From assembly GCA_046563655.1 (NCBI GenBank), contig CM102285.1, positions 13,144,001 to 13,208,000 of the forward strand: 64,000 nt of DNA, given 5' to 3'. Positions within the stretch are counted from its first letter, which is position 1; every line of letters starts with the position of its first letter. This DNA is from Yuukianura sp. NJ FZ-2021 (taxonomy: Eukaryota). Shown here piece by piece: positions 1 to 8,631 of this stretch. The translations under genes and the position numbers were made by a program. The notes under the pieces were generated by a model. The model worked only from the letters and a program-made list of their open reading frames with translations. It made no database searches and had not been told where the DNA came from.

Positions 1-195
1 TCCAAAGTATCCTTAAGCCATGTACTTTCAACAATTAAAAGAGCCCCCAAGTGAAGTGATGCTGGGATAAAATGTGGGGCAGAATGCTTCCAATTACTTT
101 ACTTTTTAGCCCCCCGAAATGGGAAATTGTTGTTGATTGTTGGTGGGAAGAAGAAGTACGAAGGTGGCGGGGGGCTAAGTTTTTGGATGGCGGAA

Positions 196-202
196 TATAA
201 AA
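196..202 (+). promoter_or_regulatory. TATA box of the Tweedle-like gene
   Basis: TATAAAA about 100 nt upstream of ATG 303 and about 30 nt upstream of an initiator-like TCATC (~231). Confidence 0.55.
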
Positions 203-302
203 GGACTTGGAGGCCTTCAAGCACGTTAAATCATCGCGGAATCACAAACTTACAAGCATCACATCTTGTTCTTCTTCAGTTGAACAAATCAATCGGATCA
301 AA

Positions 303-1283
303 ATGAAGACTCTTCTGGTAAGAAAATTCTTCTAAATTTTGAAAGATGAAAGATTTTGGAAGTTTTCAACAAACTATAACAAAATCTTTTACAAACTGAG
401 ATACGAAAATCCTCAAGATTCTGCAACTATTTGCGAAAATTAAACGGGATTAAACTTTTCAGATTTTAATTCGATTTGAGTCAAATTTTTTCAATTTTGT
501 ATTAAATGTTAAAATTTTGGAGAAATTTTCAAATTTTGAAACATTGTGTAAATGAAATGCATAAAGTAGAGGAACCATCGGAGTTTTTGTTCACAAAATC
601 CGAGATTTTTTGTTACACAAAATTAAAGCCGTTCAACAAAAAATTCAGAATAAACATCGAAAAATTATTTTGAAAAAGTTGTTTAAATCCAGTAAAGTCT
701 GAAAATGAACAAAATTTTCAAAATTTCATTTTAGGTAGTGGGAATGTTCCTGACCGTCGCTCGATTGGGAGAGTCACGACCTCAGTACTCCTACCCGGTC
801 CCACCTCCAGGCCCCACCAGGAACCCGTATGAAAATGAACAGCAAATAGATTCTCAAGGAATTGCCCCACCGGGTGGGTCTCTGTCAGTCCAATGCAGAC
901 GCCGAGAAGTATCCCCTGGAAACTACCAATTCAGTTGCGAAGGAGTAGATCCACATAAGATCACTTTGTCCTCCGAACACATCTTGTGGCTCCGTGGACC
1001 AGGAGGTGAAAACCAACAATTGGACATTGTTGTGCCCAACTACCGTGTTGAAGAGCTCATTCGAGCAGCCCTTAAGGCCTCCAAGGGCGGCTCCACCAAC
1101 ATCAACATTCTGCTCAAGAAGCCAGAGACGGTGTACGATGTCCAGGCACAAGATGGTGGCCAAGTACCAAATGCCAAGCCAAGCGTCAACCTCCAGTACG
1201 AACAAGTCCGAGAACCAATCAGCGTCCATTATCCAGTGGAACAGGCTTACAACCCTCTGTCTGGACCAATCAGAGAGCCTTAA
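303..1283 (+). CDS. Secreted Tweedle/DUF243-like cuticular protein, 2 exons (303-317, 735-1283)
   Basis: ATG AAG ACT CTT CTG|GTAAG...TTTTAG|GTA GTG splices in frame, giving the signal peptide MKTLLVVGMFLTVARLGES, then QYSYPVPPP. Blocks EHILWLRGP, TNINILLKKPE and AKPSVNLQY resemble the Tweedle blocks (IIFIKAP, TLIYVLVKKP, KPEVYFIKY). AATAAA at ~1370. Confidence 0.7.
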
Positions 1284-1784
1284 GTGGTCCGTCCTTGGGC
1301 TGCTCAGAATTCTCACAATTATTATTTTTTGCAATTTTCATTTACACTTCTTCCGTTTTCTCTTCATAAATAATAAAAACAGAACATTTTTATAATTAAA
1401 CCCAAAAACTCAAACAATTAACTTGTACGCTTCTTTCGGAAAAATTCTAACAACATTTTTCATATTTTCATCTTTATTCTCAACAAATGACCAGAATCTA
1501 AAAAACTAGTGAAAGTCAAAATTCGAAATTTTGAAACCTCTAATAGAAGTGATGGATTTTTGAAAACCACAGTGGATGCTAAACTCTTACGAAATTTTAG
1601 CACTAACCAATTTAGCATTTAAAATTTGAAATCAGGAAAAGAGCTATAAATTACCCAAGCTTTATTTGTTTCTTCTACGTTCGACTGTTTCTCGTTAACT
1701 TTGTAATATACCAGATAGGCAGTATTTTTAATCGTACAAGTTCTGCTGTTGTTAATTGATTACTTCAAATAAGACATACGTTTT

Positions 1785-4361
1785 TTAGTCCTCCCTCTTT
1801 GAAACGGGTTTGAATGCAATTTTCCGGGATTTGAGTCCGGACCAAATGTGTCGTTTCCAGTACCATGTCACGGCAATAAGCAATGGAAAGATGAGCAGGG
1901 CCTAAAAAAAGAAGAAAAAAGTATACAAACAAAGGTAGGGTCACAAGGAATGATGAATTTATGAAACGACTTTCAGGGGGACTCAAAACCAGCTCTTTTG
2001 GGGGGAAAAAGAATTGAAAGCATTATTTCAATCCATTATTTTCGGGGAAAGATGTGAAAGATAAGATGGACGAGATGCTCTGACACATTTATGACATAGG
2101 GAAGACATCGGAGACGTCTTCTTGCTGCGTTATGACTCCCAGAAGTCCAAGTATCTCCTAAGGAACGAATCAACTGAACATAAATTTTGAAAAAGGAAAG
2201 TGAAAGGAAACTGGGTAACATTTTGTCAAAAGCAATTCGTAAGTTCAGTGTTTCCTCTTGAGTCAAGGACGAAACCCAAAGGAAACACTATTTTCTCAAA
2301 ATGTTGTTCGAGACAGAGTAACTTAACATAACTTCAAAAAATAAATAAAAACAACTTTTACCGGTTCGTTACGCAACTTTTCGTCTCATCTTTGTACAGA
2401 ATCTCTCGTATGATCACGAAGTAATTCAGGATGATAAGGAAGGGAAACCCACCCCATTTAATCAACTTGAAATCTCATCCGTACTTTAAGGAAAAAAAAA
2501 CTTGGAAGTTGCATTACGTTATGGTTTTCGAAAGAGGAAGTAAAAGAATTATATGGGATGGGTTGTTGTTGTTGTCATTTTATGCAATCTAAATAACGCA
2601 CGACCCAGTGAATTACATATCTGTAAAAATCTAAGCATTTTGGGTTATAAAGAACTGAAAGTCGTGTCATAAATCAAATAGTTAAAGTCGACCTTTCCCA
2701 TTTCCCTCTTAAAAGCCTTTACTAAACAACTTATTATTGGCTTTTCTGCTGAATCTTTAGCGGTTATTACCTTAACTGTCCATCTCTTCCGGGTATCATG
2801 ATGAAATTCAGAAGACCATCGCAAAAAGGTAGAGACGTCTTTGGCCATTTGGCTGGCAGTGGCAACAGTTCCATCGGCGTATTCAACAACCTTGTGTAGA
2901 AAAGAACGTCAAGTTACTTATAAGTAGTTTTAATCAAAGTATATTCTATTTGAATCTGTAAGATTTTGTACCTCGTTGAATAGAGATTGAGCCATTGATA
3001 TCGCTCCTCCAGGAAAGTACGGATTATAGTATTGCCCATCCCGAATGATAACTCCAGCCGGAGCATCAACGTAGCCCGTAAGCAAATGAAAGATGTAGTC
3101 TTCTCCGCCATGACGAGCATTGACAATTAGAGACAAATCTGGTGGAAAGGCTCCGTTGTTGGCAAAACGAGCTGCCTCTTCATTGGCATAAGGACTTGGA
3201 AAGGTATCCGATAGTTTCCCTGGACGTTGAAACATGTTTCCTTCCTCATCCGGTCCATCAGTGACCTATAATTTACTTCGACTTTTTAGCAACTTTACAA
3301 GAGTATAAGGAAATGAAATCTGTTGTATGACGTGAACGTTGCTTACCATAATTTCTTCTGCTTCGGCCTTGGCTTCGGCTTCCGTATGTGTTTCTCCAAC
3401 CAAATGACGGTAGCACATAAATCGCATTGAATGACATGCAGCACAAACTTGTTTATAGACTTGGTAACCGCGTCGCATCGATGCATGATCCAAAGAATCG
3501 AAAATTCCACCATGGCTCCAAGGTAAATGCGGAGGGTGCGCTTGTAAATCGTTAGCAGAAACAGAGTTCTCGAGGCCTACCAAAATTACTACCCCGGTCG
3601 TTCCAGCGAGTCCAATTGAGCTCCAAAACTAAATAAACAGGAAATTCTTTGATTACATTGAAAGTACTTTATAGTATAACATATATAAGGTTAACTTACG
3701 AGCTTCTTAGAAGTACTGCTCTCACTCCAGCTAAAAGTCGACAGTTGTTTCTGTAAAACAAAAAATATGCAATTTTCGGCAGGAGTAAGGCAGAGGTGGC
3801 GTGTGTTAATCTCCCATATCCCCTCCGGTATCCCATCCAATTATTGTTGTTGCATTGTTGCAAGTTAGGTTAGGTTATGTTGTGCCCCAGCGTATCCAAA
3901 TCGGGCAACATTGGAACCACAACAATGGGAGGGGATACCGGATGGGATATGGACAATTAACACACGCCACCTCTGCCTTACTCCACCCCAATTTTCAACA
4001 TTCCTTGCAGACAAGGTCCGTATACTAGTGGTGATCCAAATACTAATTGTATTCCATAACTGATTAATGGCATAGTCGGCTGCTTATGTTCTCTTTTCTC
4101 ACAGCCGCAGCGCACCGTTACTTAACATATGATCTACCGCGTCTTCGCATCTTTATCGTACCAGGTTGCCTAACTGATCGCTTATTGCTAAAATACAAAC
4201 TGCATCAATACTTCACCCAACATCAGTATCATCTGTTTCATTGCATTCCCCTAAAATTTACACCAACTAAAATTAATCAAAAATCGAACCTGAGCACGGC
4301 CCAATCCATTCCGGGATGCTTGGATAGCCTTGGTCGAAAGCCTGCTCAAAATCCCAACCAT
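1785..4361 (-). CDS. CYC1: Cytochrome c1, heme protein, mitochondrial; exons 4361-4290, 3750-3700, 3628-3347, 3265-2972, 2890-2771, 1901-1785
   Basis: Heme motif [43 protein letters not shown] and C-terminal anchor [27 protein letters not shown]. All introns are GT-AG and phase 0. N-terminal presequence-like [17 protein letters not shown]. Confidence 0.97.
3778..3988. mobile_element. MITE in CYC1 intron 1, 8-bp TSD
   Basis: TIR GGAGTAAGGCAGAGGTGGCGTGTGTTAAT is perfectly inverted at 3956-3984 and extends imperfectly inward. Flanking direct repeat CAATTTTC (3770-3777, 3989-3996). Central GTTAGGTTAGGTT. Confidence 0.9.
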
Positions 4362-5689
4362 CGTTTTAGTATCCTGAATCCAGATGATTGCCCTTAATTA
4401 ACTGAACACCTCTTTGACCTCTAACGAAGAGAAAACTAATTGGTTGGCAGGATTGATCAAATTTATTTTGGATCGGGAGAACCCTACCCGGATGGATTTC
4501 GGATCTGGATTGAATTGCACTTGCTTTTGCAAAAACTCCAATCGTTCTTATTCAGAAGTTATGCGAATTCCGAGAATTTCGGAATTTGCTATGCGAAATA
4601 TCAGAAATTAAATTGGCCATTGCAAAATTTTGAAATTACTAAGAAACAGTAGGAATTAAAAATGGCAATTCGTAGTTAAGGGACCATTTGGCAATGGCAA
4701 TTCTAAAATTTAATCTCATTCAAAATTTAGACCAATTTTAATTTTCCCGCTTTTTCTTCTTTTTTTGACTTTGTCTCATCATCAATAAACTCTTCAGATA
4801 CATGTTTTGTACAATAGTAATTTCAAACTGATAGTTTTTAAACTGATTTAATTCGGAATTCTGAATATTCTCGTATTTTTGGAGTGGCGTAAAAATTCAT
4901 AATTAAAATTGTGCGATGACAATTTTTAATCATCGACAAACGATCATCTCATCCCCATTCAAGTGTTTCATTGTCAGCCAACGTCTCCAATAAATTTTCT
5001 GCCAAGAAAAAACTATAATAATGCAATGAAGGGTCCCTGCAAATCTTACAAAGTATTTTTTTCTATTTTTCAAAAAAAAAATTTCTGAAAAGATTTATTT
5101 CTAGAAACTAAACAATACGACGAGGGGATTTGTGCGTGCATCGAATTTAAAAAAAAAAAAAGAATTTGGAAGTAAAACACACAGCTTCCAAATCCAAATT
5201 AAGTTTTTAAATTAAAAATTAAGAATTTTATTCAGTCTCCAAAATTTTTGTGCACATGCAAGTTTTCATTTCTGCTAAATTCTTAATTTGCCAGAATTTG
5301 ATTTAAATGAAACTAACCAATCTAAGGTTAATAATTTTGAACATAAAACTATTCTGTTTGCTTTAGTTACAATGTTGGAAAGAGGTCACTAAAGGATTAA
5401 CTTTTTTTTTTAGAAATGTGTTTCTTTTGTTAAATTTTAGTAAAATCAAAAATTCCACAAGTTTAGGTTATTGCCTCCATACTTTTCACTGGGTATTTTA
5501 GGTTTCTAAGAATAAAGAAGGTCAGTAGGGTTAGGGATTTGTGCTTTGCGTTTTCTTTGAAGAGAATTTTGGTCTCAGAAGAGCTTCGGGCGCCAAAAAC
5601 CTCTTATTTTATTTTTACAAAAGTGTTGGTTTTGTGCAATTTCGGTGCCTTTCCCTCCCATTCGTCTTTGTCCTTTACGAAGGGAAGGA

Positions 5690-7760
5690 CGCGTCGTCAA
5701 TTTTTGTCCATCCTGGACGCCATTGAGAGACGAGCATGAGGGCATGCCGTCTCATGGGGCTCGTCCACGCTGTAAAGCGTTTGCATCAAGCGACGATTCT
5801 TCTGGACGGCGTCGTGTCATCGCTGTAAATCCTGATTCTGCATTTTCTCCAAAGGTAACAAAATTATTTTACGATTTTCGAAATTTTGTCAAGGTTTAGT
5901 TAAATTTCAAAACTAGAATTGCTGCGCTACTAGAAAGGAACTTAAATAGTAGTTGGAAGTGGCTTTGATTTAACGTAACTTTTGTAAACTGATTTCCGTT
6001 CGAAGCTGGACGACGACGTGCCAGAATCTAGTGTATGGACGAGTTTTTTTTCCCGAACGGTGTCGGTGTGACACCGTTCCGAAAAAAAACACATGAGCAG
6101 ATTCTCTTTTGTAAATTCATAAAATCAAATTGCTTACAAAAACTGTGGTAACCCCGAAATTGTAATGACAGGATTCTAACTTTTTATTTCTTTGTTTCAG
6201 GATTGAATGAATGGCGGTTGAAATCGTCTGGAGAAGCCACCACCATCATCTCGTCCAGAATTTAATCAACCGAATGCTTGTAAATTGACTTTCATCGGTT
6301 TTCACCATGGACTTCGTCTTCGCAACTCTATTACCTTCAGTCTTTTATCGAAGTCACTTTCGTCGTCTACGTTTAGGAATTACATAAAATATGCTTTCTG
6401 TACGGAAACCATTTCGAATCTTCTCTATTCTTTAATCAAATCAATTCCTTATTCTAAGGTAGTCATCTAAGCAAGCTGACGCTGAATTGTACTACTGTCT
6501 AACACTATTTCCAGTTTTCCTAAATTTTCTTTTATGCCGTGTTTGTTTTTGTCAGGTCTGTCACGAGAGCAATCTCTAGTAATGTAAAGGTTACAACTCT
6601 GATGTAACGCTTTTATTTTGTTCAGGTCAGTTATGAGAGGCAACTCTTTTCCGATTAATGTAAGTTACATTCTTTATGTAACGGATTATTTTGTTCAGGT
6701 CAGTTATGAGAGACAACTCTTTTTCTATTAATGTAAGTTACATTCTTTATGTAACGGATTATTTTGTTCAGGTCAGTTATGAGAGACAACTCTTTTTCTA
6801 TTAATGTAAGTTACATTCTTTATGTAACGTATTATTTTGTTCAGGTCAGTTATGAGAGACAACTCTTTTCCTATTAATGTAAGTTACATTCTTTATGTAA
6901 CGTATTATTTTGTTCAGGTCAGTTATGAGAGACAACTCTTTTTCTATTAATGTAAGTTACATTCTTTATGTAACGTATTATTTTGTTCAGGTCAGTTATG
7001 AGAGACAACTCTTTTCCTATTAATGTAAGTTACATTCTTTATGTAACGTATTATTTTGTTCAGGTCAGTTATGAGAGACAACTCTTTTTCTATTAATGTA
7101 AGTTACATTCTTTATGTAACGTATTATTTTGTTCAGGTCAGTTATGAGAGACAACTCTTTTTCTATTAATGTAAGTTACATTCTTTATGTAACGTATTAT
7201 TTTGTTCAGGTCAGTTATGAGAGAAATCTCTGTTAGTGTGAGGTTACATCAATTAATGTAGCACCTTATTTTGTTCAGGTCAGTTATGAGAAAAACTCTC
7301 TACATAACGTGTTTGTTTTGTTCAGGTCAGTTATAAGAGACATTTCTTTCTCTTTTAATGCAAGTTGCATCATTTTATGTAACGTCGTATTTTGTTCAGG
7401 TCAGTTTTGAGAGAAATCTTAATTATATCAATGTAACGTCGTATTTTGGTCAGGTCCGTTTCGAGTATACTCTCGACGTAAACACAATTTAGGTGGTATT
7501 TTGTTCAGGTCAGTTTTGAGAGACATCTCTTATTAATTATTCTATAGCTGTAATGTAAGTTTCGAAATTGGTCAGGTCAGTTTTGAGGAATGCCTCTTAA
7601 ATAGGGTGTTAATTTTAGTCAGGTCAGTGTGAAGAGAATTCTTAAACGAATCAACGACGAATCGTCTTCGTTTTGATCAGGTCAGTGTACCGGGAAAATT
7701 CCCGTAACGGAGTTAATTTTAAGGCTAAAAGTTAAGTCTGCATACGAATAAACACAAGAA
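5690..7760 (+). ncRNA. Candidate spliced long non-coding transcript (or solo-LTR-like element) carrying the structured array; boundaries approximate
   Basis: No convincing ORF. Clean intron AAG|GTAACA (5855)...TTCTAAC...TTTGTTTCAG (6200), GC-rich hairpins in the 5' part, AATAAA at 7747 and ~7936. Confidence 0.4.
6556..7723 (+). repeat. Tandem array of 18 units: 8 near-identical 73-nt units (6626-7209) flanked by diverged 43-74 nt units
   Basis: TCAG|GTC junctions after 6555, 6625, 6698, 6771, 6844, 6917, 6990, 7063, 7136, 7209, 7278, 7325, 7399, 7453, 7508, 7575, 7622 and 7680. Confidence 0.97.
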
Positions 7761-8631
7761 AAGAGATTTAGATGTTTCAATCTAAATCAACTTAAGATAT
7801 CATAGTTATCAAATGTTTTTAATTGTTTAGTTTTAATGTTAATTTTGCAATTAGTCTATTCGAAATCTTCCTGAAGATCCTTGATTAAAATTGGTTCTAT
7901 GAGGCAAATCTAAAATTTCCATAATTCTTTCTCTCAATAAAATTAAATGATTCATTTCAAAAATGGTTAAAAGTATTGTATAACGATTATGGCAATTAGT
8001 GAAAGTTCCCAATGAGGCTATCAAATCGTTTTGCGAACTTAATGTACCTACATGCTACAGAACTCCAGCTACCTTAAGTTCAACTACACAGTGCCACTGG
8101 CGAATCGCCACACTTTCATTAACATTCGAAAGATTAAAATCCGAACCTACATGCATTTTGTTCTGCAAATAATTTGTCATTTTTGCAATGAAATCGACTC
8201 TCCAGGAAAATGAAGTGGAGAAAGCACGAATTTAGTTTGGAGATTGAACGCTTGCATTTAAAAAAAAGTCTGTTAGAAAACAAAAATCAGAGTGCTTTGA
8301 GGTCAAAGGTCAGGATAAGTCCGACTTCTTTGTTCACTGGTTTTTTATTAGCAAAATTAAAATGTAGAATCTCGATAAAATTATATCATAAATAATAAAT
8401 AATTAAATTTAGTCGTAAATAACGTTCCGTAATTTTCATCCATGATCCAATACACGATGAGCAGCGACCTCCAAATTTAATTTTCATAATGACATCTTTT
8501 GGTAGCCATGTCCATGTTCAAGTTCATATATGCACCATACTGACACTAAAACAAAAGATAATTAATCATCATGAATTACTTCAACAATAATTTTTCATAT
8601 TCAAAAAAGTAAAAAGTGTATTCACAGTTGA

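Noticed and set aside
3863..3877. TTAGG repeats as interstitial telomere
   Set aside because: Only 2-3 units, and the clearest examples lie inside MITEs.
6556..7723. CRISPR array
   Set aside because: Eukaryotic context, no cas genes, and the inter-motif segments are homologous to each other rather than unique spacers.
6556..7723. Hammerhead ribozyme, C/D snoRNA, U7 or SL RNA array
   Set aside because: No CUGANGA/GAAA core and no RUGAUGA box C on either strand. ATTTTGTTCAG is only loosely Sm-like and the units leave no room for promoters.
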